Below, in pieces: positions 1 to 7,857 of a DNA stretch of 42,395 nt. The stretch covers positions 24,612-67,006 of the forward strand of contig CAZGHI010000011.1 in assembly GCA_964525565.1 (NCBI GenBank), in the 5' to 3' direction. Source of the DNA: an uncultured Hyphomicrobiales bacterium (GTDB lineage: Bacteria; Bacteroidota; Ignavibacteria; Kapaibacteriales; Kapaibacteriaceae). Each line of letters starts with the position of its first letter. Position 1 is the stretch's first letter. Position numbers and translations under genes: made by a program. Below the pieces are notes generated by a model that did not search any database, was not told the origin of the DNA, and was given only the letters and a program-made list of their open reading frames with translations.

Positions 1-312
1 ATCCTTGATGGCTTTCCACGAACACAACAGCAAGCGGCAGCGCTGGATGAAATCCTCGCAGCGGCCCATAAACACATCCATAAGGTCGTGAACTTGGAAG
101 TGGATAATGAAACCATCGTCAGCCGTCTCATGGCTAGAGGCAGGCAAGATGATACCAAAGAGATTATCCAAAATCGGCTTAACGTGTATCAGCAGGAAAC
201 GGCCCCGCTGGTGGAACATTACTTGCACCGTGGCCTCCTGACTAATGTGAATGGTATCGGCACAGTCGAAGAGGTTTCCAATCGTATCCTGAAGGCCGTC
301 CAAACCGCCTGA
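1..312 (+). CDS. adk: adenylate kinase, C-terminal part (5' end lies outside the window)
   Basis: Frame 1 is open from base 1 and reads ILDGFPRTQQQAAALDEIL...RLMARGRQDDTKEIIQNRLNVYQQETAPLVEHY. The DGFPRT and R-x-DD motifs are typical of Adk. Stop TGA at 310-312. There is no Cys4 lid, so it is the short type. Confidence 0.9.
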   Translation: MLDGFPRTQQQAAALDEILAAAHKHIHKVVNLEVDNETIVSRLMARGRQDDTKEIIQNRLNVYQQETAPLVEHYLHRGLLTNVNGIGTVEEVSNRILKAVQTA

Positions 313-321
313 CCTCTCTGG

Positions 322-411
322 TTTTCCACATAATTTTCCACATAGTTTTCCACGGTCACCCACATTACATCCGTAATGTAAGCTGTAGTTCTCCACAGGG
401 TGTGTGGAAAA
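322..411. promoter_or_regulatory. cluster of DnaA-box-like 9-mers (TTTTCCACA), three exact and three degenerate, partly in 12-bp phase
   Basis: TTTTCCACA at 322-330 and 334-342. TTTTCCACG at 346-354. TCACCCACA at 356-364. TTCTCCACA at 389-397. TGTGGAAAA (reverse complement of TTTTCCACA) at 403-411. Inverted repeat ACATTAC/GTAATGT at 362-368/373-379. The exact copies fit the consensus TTWTNCACA. Confidence 0.5.
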
Positions 412-448
412 CGGAATAATTATTGCTAACTTTCTGTCCTACCGAACA

Positions 449-1915
449 ATGGGAGTGACTGCCGTGCGTAAACTATCTATTCTACTAGTGCTTATCACCT
501 TTCAGTGTATAGTTTTTGTTAAGGTTTTAGCACAACAGTTTCCGGGCGAAGTGTCGGGCTGGCTTACGGGGGGTGTGAATAAGTATCATGGTGACTTTAC
601 TGACGACCTGTGGGGAGCCTCAGGTATGGTGTCACTGCAGTATGCACCAATCAGCCGCCTTGGCATTGAAGTGCGTGCCGGCCTTGGAGAAATCCGATGG
701 ATGGTATCACCGTCAAAATTATCAGCCTACCCGGAGTACTTTGGAAGTGGGGCTAGGTATGGCATGTTATACCCGGGTACCGGTACACCTATCGAATCAG
801 AAAACGAAAGTAGGCTCACCACAGTTGATCTATTGTTGAACTATACACTGGTGGAGAATATTCCCGCTATTCCGTTTATCTCCGCAGGCGTTGGATTGGT
901 TGATTTTGCACCCTCCACCAGCGACTTGCACGAGCCACTGCCAAATTTTTCTCGACAAGTATTTTCTGCCACAACGGTAAGTATCCCAATTGGCGGAGGT
1001 GTACGAATACCGTTTTCATACCGAGCTGGAATTATACTGCGCGGCGAGTATCGCTTTGTGTTTTCCGGGTACCTAGACGATGTGAACTTTAATGGAAGTA
1101 ATGATGGTGTGACCTCTATTTCACTTGGATTCACCTATCGCTTTACGAACCCACCGTCGTCTTGCCGTCATCGCCACCATCATCACCATCCTACAGCATG
1201 TGTATGCTCTCAACTACCTAATCATTCTAGGGCAGACTGCCCGTGTATCCGTTTCACTCAACCGGGAGGAATTACCAGCCATAGTGAAGAAATCATCGAT
1301 TATCCTGTTCAGCGCGACGAGTCTTCTGGTCAAACAACGGACCCTCGTACACAGAATGATGGGGTAGAGAGCACAGGTTCTCTCGGATCACCAGACTCTA
1401 CTAGTACGACCAAGAATACCACGCCACAACGTCCACCAAACTCTAACGGTGCATCAGGAAATCCCGAACCACAGACGCCTGACGATTCAAAGGGACCTGC
1501 AGAGAAAGACACAAAACCGGGGGGAACATCGGATAATTCACACAATCTAGCGCCGTGTCCACCAGGAACTATTCGCACGTGCATTGGCACTGACAGTAGT
1601 GTGTGTGTAGATCCCACATTTAAACCGGGATCACAGCGGATAATGTGGGAGGATGCTTTCGTCTATATGCCGGGCTCTCCCTACCATATGAAAACACTAC
1701 GTCAAATCGGTGATGCCCGTCTATGCTTTGACAATGTTGTCCGACAAAGTGCAGGAGTGTACTATCTCTGTCAAAATTGCTGCTTCAACAGGAAGAATGT
1801 GGGAACAAGCGTTGAATACAATGTTCACGAATCGGATTTAGTTACAAAGGGGACGGGATCATTTTCTCCTACAGACTGCCCCGGTTGTAAAAAAATGATA
1901 AAGGATTCTCGTTGA
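449..1915 (+). CDS. outer-membrane beta-barrel protein (OmpA-like N-terminal barrel) with a His5/Cys segment, a P/T/S/G-rich linker and a Cys-rich C-terminal domain of unknown function
   Basis: ATG at 449 gives the signal peptide MGVTAVRKLSILLVLITFQCIVFVKVLAQQ. The barrel has alternating aromatic/hydrophobic strands ending in SLGFTYRF. It is about 45% identical by eye to the barrel of the next gene. The ORF-track start at 404 lies inside the DnaA-box cluster and is less likely. Confidence 0.7.
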   Translation: MGVTAVRKLSILLVLITFQCIVFVKVLAQQFPGEVSGWLTGGVNKYHGDFTDDLWGASGMVSLQYAPISRLGIEVRAGLGEIRWMVSPSKLSAYPEYFGSGARYGMLYPGTGTPIESENESRLTTVDLLLNYTLVENIPAIPFISAGVGLVDFAPSTSDLHEPLPNFSRQVFSATTVSIPIGGGVRIPFSYRAGIILRGEYRFVFSGYLDDVNFNGSNDGVTSISLGFTYRFTNPPSSCRHRHHHHHPTACVCSQLPNHSRADCPCIRFTQPGGITSHSEEIIDYPVQRDESSGQTTDPRTQNDGVESTGSLGSPDSTSTTKNTTPQRPPNSNGASGNPEPQTPDDSKGPAEKDTKPGGTSDNSHNLAPCPPGTIRTCIGTDSSVCVDPTFKPGSQRIMWEDAFVYMPGSPYHMKTLRQIGDARLCFDNVVRQSAGVYYLCQNCCFNRKNVGTSVEYNVHESDLVTKGTGSFSPTDCPGCKKMIKDSR

Positions 1916-3432
1916 GCGTGATTCCCGAATCACATACACGATTCAGCGCACATATAGCGGTGATATTAACCTGCCTCTCCATCTGTGGCAGTCAGCATGG
2001 TCGTGCGCATGTGCATTCTGGCGAGGTTGTTGGAACTTTAACCGGTGGCATCAACAAGATGCATGGAGAGTTTAGTCGTGACATGTTTGGTTGGGGGGGG
2101 CAAGCATCGGTGCAGTATGCGCCGCACAACAGAATTGTTTTGGAGGGAAGATTTGGTCTTGGCAACTATATGTGGTTGGTAACTCCGGCGGATCTGACTT
2201 CTTATCCAGAGTACTTCGGACGCAACGCCGACTACGGGATGAACTATCCACAAGGTCCTGCACTCATCGAAAAAGAAAACGGCGCCTCTTTTTATACAGC
2301 CGACCTGCTCATAAACTACGTTCTTATACCCCGTATTGCAGCTACTGTGTTTGTTACGGCTGGTGTAGGACTCATTGATTGGTCAGCGCGTACGAGTACC
2401 TATGCGGATATGTTGCCGAATCAGGCTAATAATGTGTACACATCAGCGGCCGTCTCCATTCCGCTCGGTGCCGGAGTGAACATCCCACTGTCCGGTCGTG
2501 TGGGCTTGTTGCTGAGATTAGAGCACCGGTTGGTTTTTAGCAAATGGATGAATGATGTTGCATTCACGGGCACAAACGACGGTTTAACCTCTGGAATGGC
2601 TGGACTCACCTATCAGTTTACACAGCCAACGCCACGTCCGTGTGAACCCCAATGGGAACCCTTATACATTGACACCAAAGCCGAGAACTTTGATCCTGGT
2701 GCATTGCTTTCGCGCACTACTATCTGCGAAGTTGACCATACAGATCGTCTGTGCTACGGTTTTTTTTCCTGCGAAGAATGTTGCCACTATGGTATAGGCT
2801 GTGGCATATCATGCAGTATGGAATGCAGTTTAGCCTGCTGTTGTTGTCAGTGCCCAGGATGTTGTTGCCCATGCTGTCATCATTGCTGCTGCAATTGTAA
2901 GCAGGCACAAACGCCACCTCCTCCACCGCCATCGACGCCGTCAGCAGCAGAGCCGACAGCACCGGCAGAATCGTCAGAAAAGGGAGATCCGCAGCTACCA
3001 ACTTCTACTAAACCCGCAAAGAAGATTCCCAAGAACATCCGCTTTAAATTGGACACAGACGAGTTTGATCATTCTGTGCCTGAAACACAGAAAAATTTGG
3101 ACGAGCTACTCAAATACATGCTGGAAGCACCAAAAGGGCATGAAGTAATTATTGAAGGACACGCCTCGTCCGAGGGAAGGCCAGAACGAAATAAAGTGTT
3201 AAGTGATTTGCGTGCCAAGCGTATTCGGAGTTGGCTGCTCGAGAATGGTGTTGAACCTGAGAAAATCAGGGGAACCGTGGGTTATGGATCGTCTATGCCA
3301 CGCGTACAGGAACCCTCGCCTACCGAAGCAAAGCAAATGACTCCGCAGGAACTGGAACGAATTCGCGCACAAAACAGGCGGATAGAGTTACATGTATTAA
3401 AGGATGCCTACGAGCAGTCGCCCGGGGGTTAG
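1912..3432 (+). CDS. OmpA-family outer membrane protein: beta-barrel, poly-Cys module, poly-Pro linker and OmpA C-terminal peptidoglycan-binding domain
   Basis: The barrel is paralogous to the previous gene (GEVVGTLTGGINKMHGEF...GLTYQF). The C-terminal part reads VIIEGHASSEGRPERNKVLSDLRAKRIRSWLLENGV...NRRIELHVL, which matches the OmpA_C signature. The TTG start overlaps the upstream stop (TTGA); GTG at 1918 is an alternative start. Confidence 0.85.
   Translation: MSVIPESHTRFSAHIAVILTCLSICGSQHGRAHVHSGEVVGTLTGGINKMHGEFSRDMFGWGGQASVQYAPHNRIVLEGRFGLGNYMWLVTPADLTSYPEYFGRNADYGMNYPQGPALIEKENGASFYTADLLINYVLIPRIAATVFVTAGVGLIDWSARTSTYADMLPNQANNVYTSAAVSIPLGAGVNIPLSGRVGLLLRLEHRLVFSKWMNDVAFTGTNDGLTSGMAGLTYQFTQPTPRPCEPQWEPLYIDTKAENFDPGALLSRTTICEVDHTDRLCYGFFSCEECCHYGIGCGISCSMECSLACCCCQCPGCCCPCCHHCCCNCKQAQTPPPPPPSTPSAAEPTAPAESSEKGDPQLPTSTKPAKKIPKNIRFKLDTDEFDHSVPETQKNLDELLKYMLEAPKGHEVIIEGHASSEGRPERNKVLSDLRAKRIRSWLLENGVEPEKIRGTVGYGSSMPRVQEPSPTEAKQMTPQELERIRAQNRRIELHVLKDAYEQSPGG
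2093..2100 (+). repeat. G8 homopolymer inside the OmpA-family CDS (encodes W-G-G)
   Basis: Direct reading of the sequence: ttgggggggg c. Confidence 0.95.
2752..2898 (+). repeat. in-frame TGY (cysteine-codon) rich low-complexity tract encoding CYGFFSCEECCHYGIGCGISCSMECSLACCCCQCPGCCCPCCHHCCCNC
   Basis: Direct reading gives 21 Cys codons in 49 codons, including runs such as tgctgttgttgt and tgctgctgc. A poly-Pro stretch (PPPPPPS) follows. Confidence 0.95.
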
Positions 3433-4325
3433 AACTTAAGGCCGTACCAAACAAGATTAGGATATATCTGCACAGCAGGCGCAGGTAAATGGTACAAATG
3501 GAGAATCCTAAAAACGCGTTGGAGCCATGCAGGTAAAACGGGCAGGTGTTGCAGATCCCAATCCAGCGAAAGTGTGATTACGTGATTCCCCCCCCCTTGT
3601 CCATCTATATTCTGAACACTGTGCCCTATAGCGACGCCTAACCATGGTGGGTACCACGTTTGCCACGAGGCAGGCATCCATTGGTAGGGTGAGATTGTTA
3701 ACCAGTGTGTGGTGCTCTCATAATCGTCAATAATAGAAGAATACGCACCATCGCGGTATTTCTGTGAAGGCCAATACGAAACTTGCAAATCAAAGGCTCG
3801 AAGATCAGGTGTATAGTGCTTAGCAACACACAATGACGCACCGACTGTATTGGAGATCGCGTCACCCCATGAAAATCCGTAATCAGCAGAAAAACCATCC
3901 CGAACCTCAACGAACGTTTGATAGGCCATGGCTACACCAAAGCCAATCCATGTTGCCGACGTGCTATCGAAACCACACCACCGCATGGCGTCGGCATAAA
4001 CCGTTGCAGCCATGAATGCGAAAGTGGCATGCCCTAGTTTATCTGCCCCCAGCGCATACACATTATCCTGGTAAGAATTGATGTGGAAATCAGAGTATTG
4101 TCCTTTCCACCATAGTGTGTTCAGATAGACGTGTCCGATGGCGAATGCGGTACCGGTAACACCACATACAACTGCCAGCCTGTGCCCGTTGATGTCTGTC
4201 GTAATGTGATTCGATGCGGTGAGAGAGTCTGAAAACAGTACATCAGCACTTGTAGCCCGGTGTTGGGAGAGAATCATAACTGTTAATGATATAATAAGGT
4301 TACAGCTATGTGAACGAAATGTCAT
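3429..4325 (-). CDS. membrane/periplasmic protein with a YfiM/DUF2279-like core
   Basis: The motifs GADKLGHATFAFMAA and FSWGDAISNTVGASL resemble the DKxxH and SWxDxxxxxxGA motifs I recall from E. coli YfiM (DUF2279). The N-terminus is hydrophobic. Its stop codon overlaps the stop of the convergent ompA-family gene. Confidence 0.5.
   Translation of the reverse strand: MTFRSHSCNLIISLTVMILSQHRATSADVLFSDSLTASNHITTDINGHRLAVVCGVTGTAFAIGHVYLNTLWWKGQYSDFHINSYQDNVYALGADKLGHATFAFMAATVYADAMRWCGFDSTSATWIGFGVAMAYQTFVEVRDGFSADYGFSWGDAISNTVGASLCVAKHYTPDLRAFDLQVSYWPSQKYRDGAYSSIIDDYESTTHWLTISPYQWMPASWQTWYPPWLGVAIGHSVQNIDGQGGGNHVITLSLDWDLQHLPVLPAWLQRVFRILHLYHLPAPAVQIYPNLVWYGLKF
3588..3596 (-). repeat. C9 on the plus strand (G9 on the coding strand), encoding G-G-G in the YfiM-like CDS
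   Basis: Direct reading of the sequence: gattccccccccctt. Confidence 0.95.
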
Positions 4326-4418
4326 TGAATCGTAATTGGTCAGGTGAATGCAAACCGGCAGTTTCGCCGTTCCTAAAAACGATATAAAGGTAATCGTACG
4401 ACTTCGATTGTAAGAATA

Positions 4419-5093
4419 GTGGTGTTTACGCTGGTATTTCTGGCCGTAATGTCCGTGAGTTTCCTCGTGGAAGCTTCGGATGTTCCGGTTGGAGCCAAAC
4501 CCATTGTTTCAACGATTGCTGAGCCCTATGGTCCACAGCTTCCAACCGCTTTCGAGGTGGACTTCGAGGATGTTGATGATGGACTAGCATCGTGGTACGG
4601 TCAGGGATTTCATGGGCGCAGAACTGCAAGCGGACGCACATTCGACATGAATGAGCTCACTGCTGCTCACCGCACACTACCATTTGGTACACTGCTCAGG
4701 GTGAATAACTCGGTAAGTGGTCAGTCGGTTCTTGTTGAAGTAACAGACCGTGGACCGTTCATTAAAAAGCGGGTGGTTGACTTGAGCAAGGCTGCTGCGC
4801 GTATGATTGGGGTTTCGGTAACTCCTGTTGACCTCTATGCTATCACTCCTGGTTACATGCGTGAGTTTTATGTTGATAATGATAGCACCGTTCTTGTCAT
4901 AACACCCGATATGTCGTTGCAGGTACGTCCACGTAACAGCATTGGCGAATTATCGCAGCCCCTTTCCTTTTCCAAGGCGATGACCAATCTCAACGCAGAC
5001 TCAATTGTTGTTGTCGGAGTAAACGATCGAGGAGCCCTGCACTACTCACGCGCTAAGAGCACTCCCGTTGTGTTGGCGGGATCGGCACTCTAG
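4419..5093 (+). CDS. rlpA: septal ring lytic transglycosylase RlpA family (double-psi beta-barrel) protein
   Basis: GLASWYGQGFHGRRTASGRTFDMNELTAAHRTLPFGTLLRVNNSVSGQSVLVEVTDRGPF is the classic RlpA DPBB core. GTG start with a hydrophobic N-terminus. Confidence 0.85.
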   Translation: MVFTLVFLAVMSVSFLVEASDVPVGAKPIVSTIAEPYGPQLPTAFEVDFEDVDDGLASWYGQGFHGRRTASGRTFDMNELTAAHRTLPFGTLLRVNNSVSGQSVLVEVTDRGPFIKKRVVDLSKAAARMIGVSVTPVDLYAITPGYMREFYVDNDSTVLVITPDMSLQVRPRNSIGELSQPLSFSKAMTNLNADSIVVVGVNDRGALHYSRAKSTPVVLAGSAL

Positions 5094-5161
5094 CTGGACG
5101 TTGTATCCCTTGCCTATATTCAAGGTCTTAAAGTAACTAGCGATACCGTTGTGATATCGCG

Positions 5162-5169
5162 TAACTTTG
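5162..5169 (+). promoter_or_regulatory. TAACTTTG, matching the Bacteroidetes-type -7 promoter element TAnnTTTG
   Basis: Exact match to TAnnTTTG, 66 nt upstream of the ATG at 5235, in a non-coding spacer. Confidence 0.4.
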
Positions 5170-5234
5170 TCGTTAGAACATAGTATTACGCCGCGACCAA
5201 TGTGTGTCGAATTTCCACTAAAAGACAAAACGCT

Positions 5235-5960
5235 ATGAAAACGCTAACAGTAATGGCATTTGTTGTATGCGCATCACTATGGGCACATGCAACTACCATA
5301 AATGAAGTTATTGCCAATCACATCCAGGCAATTGGTGGCGAAGCGGCCGTAAGGGCTCTCAACAGCCTCAAGGTTTCGGGAACTGTTTCGGTACGAGGTA
5401 TGGAAACCGAATTTACTCAGTTCTTTAAAGCCGGAGATAAAATGCGCATGGAGATGCAGATTATGGGAAACTCCATGGTTCAAGCCTACGATGGTACAAC
5501 AGCCTGGGCTATTCAGCCCTGGGAAGGTCCAGACCCCGTAGTAATGCCCGAAGATCAAGCTGCAACGGCAAAACGCCAAGCAAACTTCAAAGGCGATTTT
5601 ATTGACCCCGACAAGTATGGCATTTCCTTTGAACTGAAAGGATCGGTAGATATTGATGAGACAACAGCCTACGCAGTGGAGGTGACCTATTCCGATGGAA
5701 TGAAAAAAACCGTGTACATTGACGCTATCACGTGGTTGCCAATAAAGGCTGTGAGCACCATGAACATGATGGGGCAGGAAGCACAAGTAGAGGTTACTTA
5801 CGATAATTACCGGGATGTATCGGGAGTGCAATTGCCAACAAAAATTGAGTTTGCCGTAGATGGTGATGTGTTTACCTCCATGAATTGGGTGAATATTGAG
5901 GTAAATCCAACCCTGAATGATGCACTCTTTGCATTTCCGTCTGGTAACGGTAACAAGTGA
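5235..5960 (+). CDS. secreted LolA-like / outer-membrane-lipoprotein-sorting-like protein (function uncertain)
   Basis: ATG at 5235 gives the signal peptide MKTLTVMAFVVCASLWAHA. The mature part is beta-rich, with a pattern (VSGTVSVRGMETEFTQFFKAGDKMRMEM...AYDGTTAW) seen in LolA-fold periplasmic proteins. The upstream extension to 5202 is unlikely. Confidence 0.45.
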   Translation: MKTLTVMAFVVCASLWAHATTINEVIANHIQAIGGEAAVRALNSLKVSGTVSVRGMETEFTQFFKAGDKMRMEMQIMGNSMVQAYDGTTAWAIQPWEGPDPVVMPEDQAATAKRQANFKGDFIDPDKYGISFELKGSVDIDETTAYAVEVTYSDGMKKTVYIDAITWLPIKAVSTMNMMGQEAQVEVTYDNYRDVSGVQLPTKIEFAVDGDVFTSMNWVNIEVNPTLNDALFAFPSGNGNK

Positions 5961-5964
5961 TTCG

Positions 5965-5972
5965 TAGGTTTG
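5965..5972 (+). promoter_or_regulatory. TAGGTTTG, matching TAnnTTTG
   Basis: Exact match, 38 nt upstream of the GTG start at 6010. Confidence 0.4.
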
Positions 5973-6009
5973 TGACCCCGTTTTTTCATCCATTCATAGG
6001 GACTGAGCC

Positions 6010-7506
6010 GTGAACCGTCCGTTTCATTACGTTGTTCTCGTTCTCTTTGCTGCCCTTCTTACATCCGGGTTTCAGTGTGCGTCAACCGGAGTGTCCTCGG
6101 CACGGAAAGCCATGCAAAAGGAAGATTGGCCGGCTGCGCAAAAAGCCTTGAACGATGTGTTAGCACAAAATCCCAATGATTGTGAAGCACATATGCTTAT
6201 GGGTGATGTGGCCAGGATGTTGGGGAACGATAGTCTTATGCTGACGTCATATCAAGCAGCCCTCAACTGCGGTGGATTATCGGATAAGATGCGAACCGAC
6301 GTATCCATTCGCATGTTTAACGCTTGGGTTGGTGAATACAATGCCGGGATAACAGCGTACAATGAATACGTATCACAGCGCACGCCCGAATCACTTGATC
6401 AGGCAATTCTCCGCCTTCGGAATGCGACCAAGCTTAAGCCAACGTTTACCGAACCTATGACGCTTCTGGGTGCGGCATTAGAACTGAAGTACGATACAGT
6501 GTCGGCATACAAAGCTTATGAACAATGGTGGATGATTGAAAAGCCTGGTTTTGATATCATTCGTGATAAGGCACTTCAGCTAGGCAGTAGTCGTAGTGCA
6601 GTACATGCCGCACTTGGGCAGCCAAGTGAAACACGTTCAGATACGCTCGAAAATGGCGGGGTGATCTATAAAGATAAAATAGATGTTGGCGGCAGAGATG
6701 TGTATGCCTTTTCCGTAGATGAGAAGGGGGGGGGAGCGATTCTCGAGGGCTGGACGTACAATCCGCCTGCTGATTTAGCAGAAGGAGAAGTGTGGCGTTC
6801 TCGAGTAACGATGCTGGGACCATTAAAGGCTATGGCATACATTGATTACCAGCAAGGACGCAAAGAACGCGCCCTCGAGATGTGCAATATTGTTGCATCG
6901 GTGAAGCCTACCGACCAGGAGTTGGTGCCGTTACGCACACAATTGCTCCAGGATCTGGGTAAGTCAGATCTTGCACTCCGAGAGATGGAAGAGCAGATAC
7001 AACGAGATCCGTCGCAAATCAACTATCGGCTTCAGTATGCAACATTGCTTACCAGTGCGGGGCGTACAGACGAAGCCATTGCCCAGTACACCAAGGTTTT
7101 ACAGCAGGACCCAAACAATGAATCTGCTTTGTACAACCTGGCGGCCAACTATAAGAATCTTGCCGGCACTAAGCAGCGTGCTGAACTGGATAAAATGGAC
7201 AAGGACAAGAAGTATCAGCCAGACATGTCGTACATGAAAGACCTTGAAATGGCGGCTCAGTACTTTGAGAAACTGAGAACATCGCCGAAATATGCTACCG
7301 ACATGATCGTTCTCGAACAACTTGCCAATGTTTATGAGGTTACCAAAGAAAAGGCGAAGGTTCGTGCGTTGATAATGGAGCTGGAAGGGCTGGAAGAAAT
7401 GTATTCGAATAACAAAACGTACTACCAGATTATGGAAGGGTTGTACGGCCGAAACAACATGATTGAAAAAATGAAAGCGGCTGCGGCAAAAGGTGCTAAG
7501 CTGTAG
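6010..7506 (+). CDS. tetratricopeptide-repeat (TPR) secreted protein or lipoprotein
   Basis: The signal-like N-terminus MNRPFHYVVLVLFAALLTSGFQC is followed by TPR-like helical repeats (WPAAQKALNDVLAQNPNDCEAHMLMGDV...; EAIAQYTKVLQQDPNNESALYNLAANY). A central non-TPR insert lies roughly at aa 190-260. Confidence 0.7.
   Translation: MNRPFHYVVLVLFAALLTSGFQCASTGVSSARKAMQKEDWPAAQKALNDVLAQNPNDCEAHMLMGDVARMLGNDSLMLTSYQAALNCGGLSDKMRTDVSIRMFNAWVGEYNAGITAYNEYVSQRTPESLDQAILRLRNATKLKPTFTEPMTLLGAALELKYDTVSAYKAYEQWWMIEKPGFDIIRDKALQLGSSRSAVHAALGQPSETRSDTLENGGVIYKDKIDVGGRDVYAFSVDEKGGGAILEGWTYNPPADLAEGEVWRSRVTMLGPLKAMAYIDYQQGRKERALEMCNIVASVKPTDQELVPLRTQLLQDLGKSDLALREMEEQIQRDPSQINYRLQYATLLTSAGRTDEAIAQYTKVLQQDPNNESALYNLAANYKNLAGTKQRAELDKMDKDKKYQPDMSYMKDLEMAAQYFEKLRTSPKYATDMIVLEQLANVYEVTKEKAKVRALIMELEGLEEMYSNNKTYYQIMEGLYGRNNMIEKMKAAAAKGAKL
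6726..6734 (+). repeat. G9 homopolymer inside the TPR CDS (encodes K-G-G-G)
   Basis: Direct reading of the sequence: gagaaggggggggga. Confidence 0.95.
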
Positions 7507-7536
7507 ATTACCCAATAACTAATACACGGAAAAACC

Positions 7537-7851
7537 ATGGCAGACCAGAAGGATGGCCAGCAGCAACACCAGATGACAATTGAGCTTGGAGAGAAGGAAG
7601 CCGAAGGCATCTACTCTAATCTTGCCATCATATCACATTCACCGGCAGAGTTCGTTGTTGACTTTACACGAGTACTCCCCGGTGTTCCTAAAGCGCGCGT
7701 ACATGCCCGTATCGTTATGACGCCAGTTCATGCCAAGCTCTTACTGCATGCATTGTCAGACAACATTAGTAAGTATGAGCACCAGCACGGTGAAATCAAT
7801 ATTGATGGTCAGCTACCATCATTTCCACCGGGCATTACAAATGTGAACTGA
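7537..7851 (+). CDS. DUF3467 family protein
   Basis: IELGEKEAEGIYSNLAIISHSPAEFVVDFTRVLPGVPKARVHARIVMTPVHAKLLLHAL matches my recollection of the DUF3467 core (YSN...H...EF..DF). Confidence 0.65.
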   Translation: MADQKDGQQQHQMTIELGEKEAEGIYSNLAIISHSPAEFVVDFTRVLPGVPKARVHARIVMTPVHAKLLLHALSDNISKYEHQHGEINIDGQLPSFPPGITNVN

Positions 7852-7857
7852 TCTTCG

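Noticed and set aside
404-448. The ORF-track start (GTG 404) for the first OmpA-like gene.
   Set aside because: The added residues MENGIIIANFLSYRT precede a good signal peptide that starts at ATG 449. The GTG also lies inside the inverted DnaA-box-like 9-mer. ATG 449 is more plausible.
5140-5160. The hairpin GCGATA-N9-TATCGC after rlpA, considered as a terminator.
   Set aside because: It has only a 6-bp stem with a 9-nt loop and no T-run. That is too weak to call.
5277-5993. A 238-aa ORF on the minus strand that fully overlaps the LolA-like gene.
   Set aside because: Its composition (C/H/I/F-rich, no recognisable motif) is typical of an antisense shadow ORF. The plus-strand product has a signal peptide and a coherent beta-rich sequence.
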